A stretch of 64,000 nucleotides of DNA from Rhynchobatus australiae. Lineage: Eukaryota. The notes beneath the pieces are model-generated. The model was not told where the DNA came from. It ran no database searches and saw only the letters and a program-made list of their open reading frames with translations. The stretch's first letter is position 1, and each line of letters opens with the position of its first letter. The position numbers were made by a program, and so were the translations under genes. The stretch lies in contig JAUZTB010000066.1 in assembly GCA_034780895.1 (NCBI GenBank), positions 19,938,051 through 20,002,050 on the forward strand. Reading direction: 5' to 3'. This document shows, piece by piece, positions 24,796 to 38,968 of the stretch.

Positions 24796-27700
24796 TGGCT
24801 GTATTGCTGTGCCAGGAGCTGTAATGCTGTGCCAGGAGACTGGCTCGAACCTCTAGGCTCCTCATTGCTGTACTAGGAACCTGGTTGAAGGCTCATCCCT
24901 TTGCTGGCACTCCCACTGCAATGAAATGGTTAAAGTGATCTCATCACCACGTAATTCAGTGTGGAGCAAACCTCAGAGGCAATGTGTAATGGGTCTCTGA
25001 AGATTTCTCTATGGCAACAAGTTCAACAGCAGTTGTGGCCCTTGAGCTTGTTACCGCAGAGAAATCTCTGGGTTTGGGAGAGCTGTGCAGGCAAACAAAG
25101 AGTGTGGCGGACAGCAGTTTCTTTCACATCCAACAGGATGTTGAGAGAGCCTATAGGATCCAGGCGATTATGTCAATACGTGAAGCAGCAGCTACTGGTC
25201 CCCAGCAATGGTCCACACTCACCGTACCAGCATGCTGCTCTGAGCCCCACACTTAGCTCTGAATGGCTGCAATGCTACCCAGCTTGCCCAGCAGCCACCC
25301 CCACAGGCAGCCATTACACATCACCTTGGTGGTTCAATGCACATTGATCAGTGTGTCAGTGAGATCATCATTTCATTGCTGTGGGAACACCATTGGAGAG
25401 CAGGGATAAGTGCAAGATTCCCTGCACAGTAGCATGCACCCGAGCAGATGTCTTTTTTAAAGTGCAGGTTGGTTCTTACCTGTGCATGTTTGGACTCCGG
25501 GATCAAGAGTGCTATCGTCAATCAGCGCTCTGTGGGGTATTGCTTTGTGTGTAGGGTAGAACTAGATAAGAAAGATAAAGCTGACCGTACTGAAAGTAGA
25601 AGTGTTATTGCATCTCTTTTTGGTCCACTTAACAAAATGTATCACCTCACACTTTACTGCACTGAATTTCATTTGCCACATGTTTGTCCACTCCACAATA
25701 TTCTGAGTCATTTTGAAATCTATTGCAATCATCCTCACTGTTTACAATATTTCCAAATCTCTTGTCTTCTGTCATGATGGATGAATTTAGTTGGGTGCCT
25801 CTTTACTTAAGTAACTGTAACGTGTGCATGTCTGGATACTGTGTTTGTTTGTGGTGCGTACTTATGGCAAAAAAACTCTGTCCCTACTCATTATCTTTAA
25901 CAATTGTCTCTTGGGTGACTGACAGATGTGAATAGGAATAAATATAGTGCTTGGTTTTAGCAAGTGTATGAAGGAAAAACTGTTGAGAGAAAGTATAATT
26001 GTAAAATATTCCAAGCCTAGTTATAAACCATTATTATCTCTCTGGTGGTTTATACATTTACTTGAATATGTTTCCAAGAAACTGATGAAAATGTAATCTG
26101 TTGGATAAATTATTTCCCAGGATTAGTTTGATATTATGAATTGAGCTATTACAATTGCTGTAGTGAATACAATTTTTTGTCATTTAGCATCCACTTTTAG
26201 TATTGGATATATTATTGTTGCATTAAAGAAAAATATTTGCCTCATTCCTAGAAATTGATTTTACATCAGTATGCCACATATGTAAAATAATAGGATATTG
26301 AAGCTTAATCCCTTTTGTGAAAATAAGAACATTTTACATTTTTGCTATTTTCTGTTCCTCATTCACAGTTCTTATGNNNNNNNNNNNNNNNNNNNNNNNN
26401 NNNNNNNNNNNNNNNNNNNNNNNNNNNNNNNNNNNNNNNNNNNNNNNNNNNNNNNNNNNNNNNNNNNNNNNNNNNNNNNNNNNNNNNNNNNNNNNNNNNN
26501 NNNNNNNNNNNNNNNNNNNNNNNNNNNNNNNNNNNNNNNNNNNNNNNNNNNNNNNNNNNNNNNNNNNNNNNNNNNNNNNNNNNNNNNNNAGATGCTGCCT
26601 GACCTGCTGAGTATTTCTATTTTTATTTGAGGTAGCTAAGTTGGCTGCTTTTTGTTTCTTGTATAATTTCTGTATTTTCACAGCCAATAAATTATGACCT
26701 TTACTTTTCATTGTAAATTATTCTGTATCTGTTTTTTAGCTGAACTATAATTTGTAGCAAGGATACAATCAAAATATTCTTCAAAGTTATACATTTATTT
26801 TTTTTGGATCCATAGCTGACTTACTTATTAACAATAACCAGGGAATTATAGTTAAACATTTCTCAGTTACTTTCCCAAATTTCCACCCCTGGAATTTAAG
26901 TGTACTCAATGCAGTTAGCTCAATGAAAACTTGGAAATAGAGATGAGAGGAAGAGATTTGACTCCTCACTCCTCATCCAATTATGATCCTAATAATTACT
27001 GAAGAATTGCAAGTGCATGTGTGATAAACATGTTATATTTTATTTTATTAAGTTTGGATGCTATTGCTTTTCACTGCTGGAGATATAATAACATTTTTGA
27101 GCTGCTGCATTTACTTTAAATATGTTTACACACAAATAATTTGGTTTTATTATGAATCTGAAATTGCGTAACTCTCTTTCTTGACTTGTGGGAACTGCAG
27201 TTTAATGAACAGCCTAAGACATTCATTTGAAAGGAGTTTGCAGCTGCAGGTTCTTAATTTGCAGCTATTTGATATTCTGTGTTTGCATGGAACCCAGATG
27301 TGGTGGCACTTTCCTGAGAAATCCTAGCAGTTCAGCAAGGAACTGCTGGCAATTCCCAGCAAACTCTGAGCCTTCAGTTCAAATACTGCAGAGGGAAGTG
27401 GCTTTCCTATTTGGGGAATAAGATACAGGTGGATAGTGGAGATATAGAGTCACTATAGTGGAGATTTAGTTGATAAGTTTGATAGCAAACTTTGTGATTA
27501 ATAGACTAAGTACTGTAGGTAATATCAAGCTGCAGACTTTAGAAAGAACCAATTTTCAACCCTGATATTGGCTGGGTTATGTGACAATATTAAATGATTT
27601 TTCAACAACCTTCACTAGTCCAGGAATGGAGAAAGATTTAAAAAAAATAATTGGCCAGGATTCCTATTCTGATTACAGTTCAACAGCCCTTACCTGGAAA

Positions 27701-28309
27701 GTAAGGTTTTAGATGATCTTGAAGCTAGGAAATTACACAAGTGTGATGGATAAGGGTAGACCAGATTGGGGCAGTTGGACTGGATCCCTCCTATTTTGTC
27801 GTCTTCAATATTTTCTGGGATTTCTTGCATTTGATGCATCAGCCAAATATGGTCAGTCTAATTTGACAAAATTATGGTGAGTTCAAAGATCCCACTTCCA
27901 TTGTGTTGCATGTAAACCGACATTTTAAGAACTTTAAAATGCAGGTGGTTCATGTTGTAAGTAAACTTTCAGTGGAGGACAGTGCCCAAAAGGCATGTAG
28001 ATGATTGGGGACAATGTGAAGATAGCGCATGGGAAAGTGTATTTTAGAATTTGCCTGTTTGGAATATTTCTGTGATATTTGTACAAGATTCCTAGTATAA
28101 TGGATGACAATAATAAAAATTGAAAATACTGGAAATACTCAGCAGTTCAGGCAACATGAAAGAAAAGAGGATAGAGTTAATTTTTCAGATGGACTGTAGC
28201 TCTATGATAGTATTAGAACATAGAAAAACTACAGCACAGTTCAGGCCCTTCGGCCCACAAAGCTGTGCGAAGCTGTGCTGTATTCTCTCTTGTTGATGGT
28301 AATGGATCA

Positions 28310-28750
28310 CTTAAAGTTGTGAACCCATAACTCAAATGGACCCTTCACCACAGAACTGCTATGCTGTCGAAGATGCACCTAAAAATGCACATTAAAGTGG
28401 AAGTGAACAGGTAAGGGGTTTGTCTGAGCATATCTGGCTTTGATCTTCTATTGCATATGAGGCCCTGGTTATCATATATGCTGGAATAGACGTCACTCGT
28501 GCCAACACACAAAAGCATTGTCTGCTATCTGAGGTTGATGTAAAGGATTCTGTGGAGGAGAACAGGGAAATTATCCCTGTGATCTTGATCAGTATTAAAT
28601 CCTCAATCAGAGATGCAAACCCTCCATGGAATCTTGCTGGATGCGTATAAGTTGCTGTGTTAACTTCATTAAAGCAACAACTGTACTTCAGATGTCCTGG
28701 CTCTAAAATATTGTGGAAATTCTTAAACTTGTATGTTTATCTTCAGGTCT
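28310..28750 (+). mobile_element. Old Deu-domain SINE (SacSINE1-like), degenerate
   Basis: GATGTAAAGGATTCTGTGG..GAGAACAGGGAAATTATCCCTG..AGTATTAAATCCTCAA..GGAATCTTGCTG..CTGTACTTCA follows the Deu-domain order. Confidence 0.5.
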
Positions 28751-31700
28751 ATCTTTCTTTCCTGCTTGAATTTGAGTCAAATGTGGAGAGTAGAATTGAG
28801 ACAGTGGAAGCCGTGATCTAAGGATTAGGTGGTACAGGATGTTTTCTGGAAATAGTTAAAGGATACTCATAAAGCAACTGACAAAATNNNNNNNNNNNNN
28901 NNNNNNNNNNNNNNNNNNNNNNNNNNNAGCAGAAGTTAATTGATGTATATAATCGGACCCTCCTGTGTGAACATATAATGGACTCTGGTTGATTTTGTGA
29001 TAAATGGACTGTGCTTCAGCACATTCCCAGTGGAGCGATGCCTTTATTTTCCATTTGTGAAGGAGATAACAATACCTGCTGTGTGTTGTTCAACCCAATT
29101 AAGTGCAAACCATAGCCTGTTGTGCAAGTTAGAACCAGATCATTTCTGCATGGGACCTTCACTTCATTACTTGTTTGCAACATTACAGGCCATTCAGCCT
29201 TAACTCCTTGTCACACAATGCTGACATTGATTTGGGCCAACAGAACTTCTCTGAATGATTCAGAAATGTTTTCTGGACTTTGACTGGCTTGGTGACACCC
29301 GTTTGATGTTCTAGTGTAATGCTAGTAACGAATTGGCTCACATCATGTAGTACTCTCTGATAGATACTGTTATCATCCTGGATATGGTTCTCTGATTCAA
29401 GTGGATGAGGGTCAATTACAGATCTATTGAAGGTTTAAGACAAGCAATTGACACAATCATTAACTGAGTAAGGGTACAATCTATAACAAATATGTTACTG
29501 ACTACATATTGAATGGGCAGTAGGCAGGAGTATTCTTGCAAATTTCTGCTTGAGAAGAATTTTAAATCACAGATGAATGAAAATGTTCTTAGGGACCTTG
29601 TCCTTTGTTGAATGCTCTGACTGAAGGAACTATCTGCTTTATTTACAGGTAGTGTCAATTGTTTCAGGGATATGGACTATCAGGTAGTTGCAAGCAATTG
29701 GTCACTATTTGTGTCACTCTGCATCTCCATTATTTTTAGCTGCAGAGGTGATTAATGGTTGACCATCTGTTTCTTTTCTTGGTTGTTTTATTTGCAGATG
29801 TTAACTCCTTGTTTGTTTTTGTTTTCTGCATCTCATGATTTAACCCCTGACCTACCATAATGTCATGTTATCAGTGATACATAGGACATTTTAATAACAT
29901 GTTTTCTAACATTTAGTGTACAGAAGCATCTCACAGGATATTCATTGGCAGGATGTCAGAGAGAATTGGTAGCCATGATAGTGATGTACTGTAGAAGAGA
30001 AGCCAGAAGCACTTCAGTGGAAGTGTGATGAGCACTTGATGAACTGTGACTTATAAGGATACAGGCTAAAACCTGGAAAGTGTTGTTTGGCTAAATATCT
30101 CTTTCTTGGCTAGAATGGACATGATGGTCTGAATGGCCACCTTCTGTGCAAATAATTATGATCCTGTGACGGGAGGTTGATGGGAATTGCAGTGACTTCT
30201 ATTTCTGACTTTCCAATGAAGCACATTAGCTTCCCTTTACTCCTGCTCTCTTCTAGTGCGTATTATTTTACATTCAGATTAATGGAATAATAGATTATGT
30301 CTTGGTCTTCTTTCCTTCAGAAGAAGCATATACAACCTTGAGGAATATGGAATTTGCCACATAAAAATCTGACAAAGAATTGATGATATGGTTAATGGGT
30401 TGGGCTACTGAACTGCCGCGCAAAGGGCACCTTCAACATTGCTACATATCCAAGACATTTTATTAGGGTGGTTTGGATGTTAAGGGATTTTCAGTTGTTT
30501 ATAATTGATATTAGCAGTTTCATTGTGTTCTGAGGCTGCAGAGAAACAGGAAGTCAATGCAATTGAAAATATTTGTCTGGGACTTCCTACCCACCATTCG
30601 CTGCCTTCCCTGCCTATGAGAAAGGGTCACAATGCACGCTGCTCTTAGTGATCCTTTTGAACTCCAGATGGAGTTCACCAGTCCCTCCCACCAGCCAATT
30701 CAATGCCACACTTGTCAGTGTGTGTGGGAGGCCACATGACCTGTACTTGCGCACACTGATGATATAGGCATTAAAATCACACCCTACCAATTTTTCAGTT
30801 TGTCCAAAGCTTGACTACAGTTGCTATACGTGGCTTAGTACTGTTCTGCAGTTCCCAGTCTGTACAACAGCATACATTACTTGCAACAATTGTTTACGTT
30901 CGTCAACAATATGCCTAAGAAGTAAATCATTTTTAATCAATTCTATACTTGAATTTTTAATTTGTCTTATAGAGCCCTATTGATCCAGTTTTACGCAATC
31001 TCTTGGAATTTCTCTTCTGTCCACTTCAGTTAACTATTTTTTATGCTAACTTTTAAGCCATTTTTCAGGTCTCATTATTTGTTCTCAATGAAAAAAATAA
31101 CTTTTTATCAAGCCAGGTACTGCCTGGAAGGGGGTGGAAGGACTGTCAAAAGTTGCATAATAATCTATTTATGTTTGAAATGGTAAGCCCAAATTCAGGA
31201 ATAGAATTGCAGCTTTGGGACTATATTTGTTTGTCCTTAATAATAAAAAAGATGAATTACCAAAAGCCTGTCATTGTAATTTTTAGATTTAATTGTGCAT
31301 TACCTGATAATTACTTGATAATTTTTTTATTTTGGTCAGAATGTTTTTCAAATGCTTGATTATTTCATACAATGGTATGAAAATTGATTCTTGTTTGTCA
31401 GTATTAATACATATTACTACTTTAAGCACTGGAATTATCATTCAGTTTTGCACAAAAAATATGAGAAGTTGTCATATTATTGATCCTGTTCTCTGCCTAT
31501 CTTTTAGGTGTCAATTAAAGGAAAATAATATGCAATGTGGAGGTTCATACAAGTCCATTTTGAGAATAATAGTCCTTTCTGTGGTCATGTGGACTTCATA
31601 GCAGACAATGAGAAGATTTTTCAATAGCTTCTGGGCTTACACAATGTAGCTAATAATGTTCAAGACGTCATTGTCAGTTAAATGGTCCCATACTTAACGT

Positions 31701-32615
31701 AAATGGTCCTGCCAAGGCCAAGATGTTTTACAGTTGTGTGTGTTATGGAGAATTGAGCCTTTAAACGAGTATGTCGTTTTGTGCTAAATTATACAAACTA
31801 AATGTCAAAATATTTGAAACCATTGCCATTTGTAACCACATAAAGTATAAACTATTATTTCATACATGCTATCAACATCTTGTATTTCAAATAAAAGTTC
31901 AGGTCATCTCTTGTTTTTAGAATTACTTGCAGATTGTAATCGTATACATAAATGAGAATTTCATTGCTTATTGTGGCTGCTTGAAAACTGGCATACTATT
32001 CCAAGTAGATTTGAAAGGAAATTTATTAAATTTAATATTCTAATGGTCTTAATAGAATGACACTGCATTTTATGTTTCACCTGGAAACAAGCAATCTGAA
32101 TAATTGATGAGTGAAATGGTCAGCTACACAGAATCAAGACTATTTGTTTTTTAAGTTTTATGAGTGTAATTATGCTGAAGGTCACAATAGTGTACAGCAG
32201 TGTGTTAAGTTAATATAGTTTTTTGTGGCAGTGGACACATACAGGGAACGGCAACTTGTTATTGAGCTTTGTTTTGCTACTGTCTGGAAAAAAGCTGGCC
32301 TTTCCCACATCAACAGTTTGATGTTTGTTATCCTCTCTGAACACAACAGGATAAGCACTCAACATATCGGAAACATCATGCTTGAAAATCTTTCAAATTT
32401 GGAATAGGTTTTTATTAATAATAATGAAATTTTACCATCTCCCCACATCTCCATCTCCCATGCCCCAGACTGAGCCAGAGACCCTGATCCATCCTTATCT
32501 GATTTCATACTTATANNNNNNNNNNNNNNNNNNNNNNNNNNNNNNNNNNNNNNNNNNNNNNNNNNNNNNNNNNNNNNNNNNNNNNNNNNNNNNNNNNNNN
32601 NNNNNNNNNNNNNNN

Positions 32616-32925
32616 TATAATGACACGGAAGGAGGCCATTTGGCCCATTGAGTCTGTGACAGCTTCCAGAGGAGAAATCCCATTGTTTCCACTCCCCTTC
32701 TCCTTATTTTCCTGAACCTCTGCTACTTATTCTCACTCATAGATGCCCATTTTTGATTATCTTCAACATTCTATGCTAATTTATAATAGCCAACAAACAT
32801 ACCATATTGTCTTTGGGATGTGGGAGAAAGCAGGAGCCCCTGGAGGAAACCCACTTGGTGCTGGTGAGAATGTGCAAACTCTGCACAGACAGCACTCAAG
32901 GCCAGGATTGAACCCGGGTCTCTAT
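32616..32925 (-). mobile_element. HE1-like V-SINE
   Basis: GGAGGCCATTTGGCCCATTGAGTC (tail) ... GTCTTTGGGATGTGGGAGAAAGCAGGAG..GAGAATGTGCAAACTCTGCACAGACAGCAC..AGGATTGAACCCGGGTC (reverse-complemented V-domain and B-box). Confidence 0.85.
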
Positions 32926-33607
32926 ATTGTTTTGGGTCTAACTCAGCCAGAGGCTTCCTCCCATTAAGTGGTCCATGTGTGCTGAAAAGCTTTGTAGAGC
33001 CAGGATTATTGCCACTGAAGGTCACTTAGTGATGCAAAGGCCAGGAGATTCCTGACTCCCAGCAGTATGGCAAAGGACTGGCTTCACTGACACACCATCA
33101 GTTGGAGGGTTACCAGTTCAGTGATTCTGACGGTCCAGCGATCTTCCAACTTGAAAAGAAGGAACTTGTCAGTGGATGTAGCAGTGGCTGCTGTCCGGGT
33201 AATGGTAACTGGTGACCCAGTCGCCACTGCCTTCAGAAATTTAGCTCATGTTCATACCTCGGAGTGGATAATACAGCATAATTACATTTTTTCGCTGACC
33301 CAGTTTGTATTCATGAATTGGATGCAACATTTTGAGTTGAATTTTGTCTGTATGGTTTTGAATCAAGTTACATTCAGAACAAATTTGCACTGTCTTGAAA
33401 AATACTGTTGAAACTGTGGGGAAGATCTCTAACCTGACAATACTGTGTCTTAGCATTTAATAAATTCAAGCTCCACTTTTCAGCCACAGTACCTTCCTTT
33501 GTTATGAATCAAAGCTCTTCATATGAATATCTACCACATGACAATTTTATTGCACAAATATGTTAAACACAGTTACAAAAGCCATTAATCTTTTGTTTCT
33601 GTTTTAG

Positions 33608-33721
33608 TTGTCTCCAGTGACAGTGAAAGTGAATCTGAGTGCAGTTCGTCTAGTCAAGATGACAAAGTTTCAGCTGGCAGCTCAACAAATTACAAGGGAA
33701 AAAAACAGAAGAATGAATCAG
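33608..33721 (+). CDS. RPH3AL: RPH3AL internal coding exon (Ser/acidic tract)
   Basis: ttttgtttctgttttAG|...|GTagga, 114 bp, phase 1 to 1, in frame with the 4565 exon. (V)VSSDSESESECSSSSQDDKVSAGSSTNYKGKKQKNES(G) aligns without gaps to mammalian VVSSDSDSDSDLSSSSLEDR...KESG. Confidence 0.93.
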
Positions 33722-34254
33722 GTAGGAAACTGAAAGGTGCAATAGAATCCTCCACTGAAATGGCTTTAATTCCAAGCAGTTTTTATTAGTAAAAAAGTGC
33801 TTCAATAGAAAATCTTTTGACAAACGGTACTCCTGCCACTAAAAAGTCTATTAAGTATAAATGACAGAAAAAACAAACAGCTTGATTCCATCATGGATCT
33901 ACTGAAATGAGAATCCATGAACCTGCAATTAGGTGAACAGATAAATGATCAAACTAATTGTTAGGAGCCAACCCTACACTTTGCATTCATGATAATCAAG
34001 TTTTCTTATTTCACATGAGTGGAACCGAAAGTAGGGAAACTTAGTCCATGGAGATTACTTTTCTAAGATAGGATAAATTTGTAAGATAAAATGTGAAAGT
34101 GCCTAGAGAAACATTTGTTATAATCATATTGAATGTTCTCCTCAAATATTCATTAATGGGAAACATGGTTGAGTAGATCACACTCAGGCTGCAGTTCTTG
34201 TCTCAATGTTCTTAACAGAATATGGAAGAACTAATAGCGCAAAAGGGACTTGCT

Positions 34255-34810
34255 TGTTGATACTAGAACTGAGAAGGTATAAAAAAAACCAGGAAACACT
34301 GAAAAGATGGATAAAAACAGAAAATGCTGGAAACATTCAGCAGGTCAAACAGCATATATGAGAGTGAAACAGAATTAATGTTTCAGGTCTGAGAACTTTT
34401 GTCATAATTGGAAAAGAGAAAATAAGCTTTGAGTTGCAGAGAAGTTGAGGAGAGGGATGGATTGACCAAAGGAAATATCTGTGATAGGATGATGCTGGGG
34501 TTGCCGTGAGGATATGTTGTAGAGGTCAATTGTAGAGGGATTATTGCTGACAGAGAGAGAGTGAGAATGCAAACAAAGACATTTTTATTTTGTATTTCTA
34601 GCACCTGCAGGTTTTTGATTTCCATTTACTGAAAAGATGGGGATTGCTCCCCTAGAAAGGAGAAGATTGAAACATAATGTTATACAGGAATTTAAAATTA
34701 TATTGGTTTCAATAGGCCTGGCACAGAGGAGATGTTTTCACATGCAGGAAACCCAAAACTAGGGACCACAAGTAGAAGATAGTTGATAAAAATCTAGTAA
34801 GAAATTCAGA
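34255..34810 (+). mobile_element. Degenerate CR1 fragment interrupted by a Penelope-derived element (34311-34627)
   Basis: CR1 text CAGGAAACACTGAAAAGATGG|GGATTGCTCCCCTAGAAAGGAGAAGATTGA resumes after the insert. Identical 13-bp repeat ACTGAAAAGATGG at 34298-34310 and 34628-34640. Confidence 0.75.
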
Positions 34811-35904
34811 NNNNNNNNNNNNNNNNNNNNNNNNNNNNNNNNNNNNNNNNNNNNNNNNNNNNNNNNNNNNNNNNNNNNNNNNNNNNNNNNNNNNNNNNNN
34901 NNNNNNNNNNNNNNNNNNNNNNNNNNNNNNNNNNNNNNNNNNNNNNNNNNNNNNNNNNNNNNNNNNNNNNNNNNNNNNNNNNNNNNNNNNNNNNNNNNNN
35001 NNNNNNNNNNNNNNNNNNNNNNNNNNNNNNNNNNNNNNNNNNNNNNNNNNNNNNNNNNNNNNNNNNNNNNNNNNNNNNNNNNNNNNNNNNNNNNNNNNCA
35101 TGCTTGTGTGGCTTTGAATATCTTTAACTCTAGAAAAATACCTAATCAAGATTCACCAAGGCAGGAATATTATTTGGTTGAATCTTAACAAATATTTTGT
35201 GCCTGATATTTAAGATAATTTTTTATCACCACTGACACCAATCAAGATTTCTTGAAGCAAATTACATATTTATGCAGATGTTCAGTGATGTTCTTATTGG
35301 GTATGAAGCAAATCTTTTGGTGTCAAATCGTACTTTGGGAATATTACAGCTAAAGTATTTTTTTCATTATCAGCCCAAATGAACAGCTTAATAAGGAGCA
35401 GTATTAGTCATAGTGTCATGGAATTCTGTAGCACAGAGTGTGCACATTCAATCTATTGTGTTGTACTGAATTTCAGAATGAGGTGTCCAGTTCTGTTCCA
35501 GATTCCTGCTGCAAGAAGGTTCTTTTGACCGAATAGTTTGCAAATATTTGAGGTTAAGGAATCTGGTGTGGTTGCAAATAGTACAAAATTACTATCAAGT
35601 AGAAAACTAATGTTAGAATGCCAAATTGGAACATGATATCTCGCCAAAAGAAAATGAATTTACCAGTATCGCTCAAGTTGTTCTGAAGGGCAGGATACCT
35701 AGTTAGGTTAATTGGCTTTGTTGAAGCAAGCTCTTGGCTGTCATCCCATGGGTATAATTGATGTCTTTGGATTTATTCATAGGCTTAAAAAAACAACACA
35801 CTTGTCTTAATGGGGAAACATAAAATTCAGACACAAGAAAAGACTGGGAAAACATTTTGAGAATTCTTTACATTTCGTAAACAACCTATCTGCATACAGA
35901 TGGA

Positions 35905-36085
35905 AAAGCTCAAAATTATAGGTGCTGGAAATCAGAAATTGAAATAGGAAATGCTGGAAATAATCAGCCAGTCAGATGGCATCTGGAGAGAGAAACAGAG
36001 TTCTGGTGAAATAAGGCCATAGACCTGAAACAGATGCTGCCTAACCTTATGAGTATCTGGCATTTCGTGTTTGTGTTGCAGATAC
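35905..36085 (+). mobile_element. Short palindromic Penelope-derived element
   Basis: AAATGCTGGAAATAATCAGCCAGTCAGATGGCATCTG is inverted to CAGATGCTGCCTAACCTTATGAGTATCTGGCATTT. Centre reads CTGGTGA..AGGCC-ATA-GACCT-GAAAC. Confidence 0.7.
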
Positions 36086-36237
36086 AAACAATATAATGCT
36101 TTTTAGTTAAAATGTCCATTGTATACATGTCTGCTAAAAAGTTATTTTAATTGTTTGTAGATTACTATTTATATCCTCCATAATCTCTGATTATTGTGTT
36201 ACACCTGCTAACCATAGGCTCACTGGTAATATTATAG

Positions 36238-36366
36238 GTGGCCATCATCTGGCAAACGCTTCATCTGGGGGTCAATCCAACCTTGGTACTGAACGTGGAA
36301 GAGGTTTAAGTGCCACAGAGAGCCTTGGTGATGACAATAAGAAAGATTTTGGCAAGAATTCACTAG
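36238..36366 (+). CDS. RPH3AL: RPH3AL coding exon (C-terminal region)
   Basis: Branch-point CTAAC at 36208-36212, attatAG|...|GTtagt, 129 bp, phase 1 to 1. (G)GHHLANASSGGQSNLGTERGRGLSATESLGDDNKKDFGKNSL(G); SGGQSNLG resembles mammalian SGCQSSLA. Read-through of the donor gives an immediate TAG (36369-36371). Confidence 0.78.
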
Positions 36367-38968
36367 GTTAGTACAACATAGTTACCTTTCATGGTTCTCT
36401 GTAATTAAATTGGGGGTTAAATTTTATCAGTCTAAGGTTTCAATTCTCTGCATTGCATAACTTAAGCTTGAAGATATCAGCAACTGTAAATTTATTCTGA
36501 AAATATACCTTGAAGAAAATGTGCGAATTGTAAAGTCTGCCAGTGAAAGTTTTCGGAGTTTCATATGGCAGTAAAAGTAATTACCATGGAGTAAGGTAAT
36601 TAAAATGGACAGTATCCTTTTTAAAAGTAATTTATAAATCTATAGTTAAACCTGCAATAACCCATATCCATTATTCTCAGTTGAAATTAAGGTTTTAATT
36701 CCATCTGAGGAAATTTAAGTAGTACCTCTATACTGTATGCTAATTATCTCATCTTCTGCTAGATGTTTGCTTACATTGCGATTGCTGTTTGGTTCAATTA
36801 ACATTATGTGAAATTGCCAATTTCGTTATTAGAAAAGAGATGTTAAAGATTGAATAAGCAGGCATGGGTTCAATAAACTAAGCATGTTACCCTGCCTCCC
36901 TGGTTTGAGAGAACTTTGCATTGTTGTTGATCCTGAGTGACACTGGAGCAAAGGGCAGAATTATCTCAGGAGATTTTGGTGTAGTTTGTACATAAAGAGG
37001 TTATTAAAGTTGAGGAATGGAGTTATAAATCCTAAGAAGAAGCTTGTGTTGTCATCAGTGATGTTGAATGCCATGATGTGAATAGTATGTTTAAAAATTT
37101 AACCAAACAATAATGTAACATCAGCTTAACAAATAAGTTGAAGACATGGGGATTATCAAAGAAGTATAGATGAGTAAGGACTTTCTTCCACTGAAACCAA
37201 CACTCATCCATCAGAATGCAACACTCCTTCTCGAGTGAATATAGTGTTTGCTGACATTATTTCATTGTGATTAATATATTTGGGAAATTCTTTTTAGAGT
37301 ATATGAAAAATATACTAGAATAATGTGCAAATTCTAATAATATATAAACATTATAGTTGTCTCATATTTGCACACAAAGTCAAGCATACAATAGTATGGT
37401 AGACCATAACATAGTTTCAAACATGATTATATGCTGTATACACCTTGTTATTGCTATTTTTAAACAGTATCTATAAATCTTGTGGTTGACATTGTGAGTA
37501 TGCTAAGGTCAATTGCATATGTTAAATGGAAAGGGAAAATATTGTGAAACAGTGTAATAGTCATGAGAAAAAGATGTTTCTCTAGAAAATATGTGCATTT
37601 TTGCATTTAAAAACTTTGGTATGAGGAGTGTACTGATCTGAAAAATCTATGCCTAAAATTATCCATCAGTTTTCTATTGTTTTCCAATGAAAGTTATTAT
37701 GTTCATGAAAACTTTCTTTGGTATTAGTTTCTATAGATCAGTACATGGAAGGTTCTCTCAAATTGTTTTAGCCATTGGTGTTATATATTCATTAATAAAA
37801 GCTGTTAACTGATACTATCCAGAAGTTTCCATATTTTATGCATGCAAACTTTAATAAACATAACACAACTATCAAGGTTAAATGTGGATATTCATTGTTT
37901 CACATGAACACTCTGGAGAAGTCTACTATATAATTTAGTGTGGAATTAAAAGGAGAACTTTTTTTGAACCAAGGTCTCTTTGCAGCAAATCAGTTTGTAA
38001 GCAACATATTGGTCTCTGAAATTATTGTATCATTNNNNNNNNNNNNNNNNNNNNNNNNNNNNNNNNNNNNNNNNNNNNNNNNNNNNNNNNNNNNNNNNNG
38101 TGCAGGCTGGTGTTAAGTTCTTGCTTTGTCTTATAGCACAATGCAGTCATTTTTCGTACGCTACACAAGGCAAAATTTGAAATTGACTTTTTGATTGCTG
38201 TTCCTTTCAAAATCATGTCTGTTTATCTGTCTTTAAAAATGTAATTAGTAACAGTAATCAAATTTGCATGTTGTTTTGTTGTGGATATTTTGGGGTTTCT
38301 CTCACCATGGCAATAATGATGTGATTGATATACAGTCATTGACAAAACAACATGCCAACCATTATTAGTGTTGTTATTTAAATGTTAATTAGAAGCTCTG
38401 ACTTTGAATATGTTGCAATGTGTTCAATATGTTTCATAGCAATGCAAAGGAAAATGCCTATGTGTAATTTCAGTCAGAAACCAATGCCAAATACTAGTAT
38501 GTTATTTTTAAATTCTATCTTTGTTTCGCAATTTGAAAGTTTCATTCAATCTGCCTTCACAATAACAGAAGGATCATTCACAAGTAAGAAAAGATAAAAT
38601 GATTGTAAATGTGACCAACATTAATTCATATGGCCAATATAGCATTTTGTAATATTTAACACTACAGTGAGAATTTCTTTAAATGAAGAAATCCAAGCTT
38701 ATTGTATTGGATATTGTAAAATAGTTACAACTTCTCATGCCAAATGGAGTGAAATCACCATGGAGTTTTGTACATGATGTATACCAAAGATTTTGACATC
38801 ATTATATCATCATTTGAGGGTACTGGCTCTTCCATTTTGTTAGTGTGCAATGGCAGACTACAATATAAATATAGTTGCAAGCAATAAATTAACTTTCTAG
38901 ATGTTGTTACAGAGAATAGTGCTTTTGTCTTTTTAATGCCATGTGTCAACAGTTTTTGTCCTTTTTAG

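Noticed and set aside
24790-25600. GC-richer block with a 128-aa ORF and a minus-strand GWLLG motif
   Set aside because: No splice-consistent frame or additional Harbinger motifs; likely decayed TE but unassignable.
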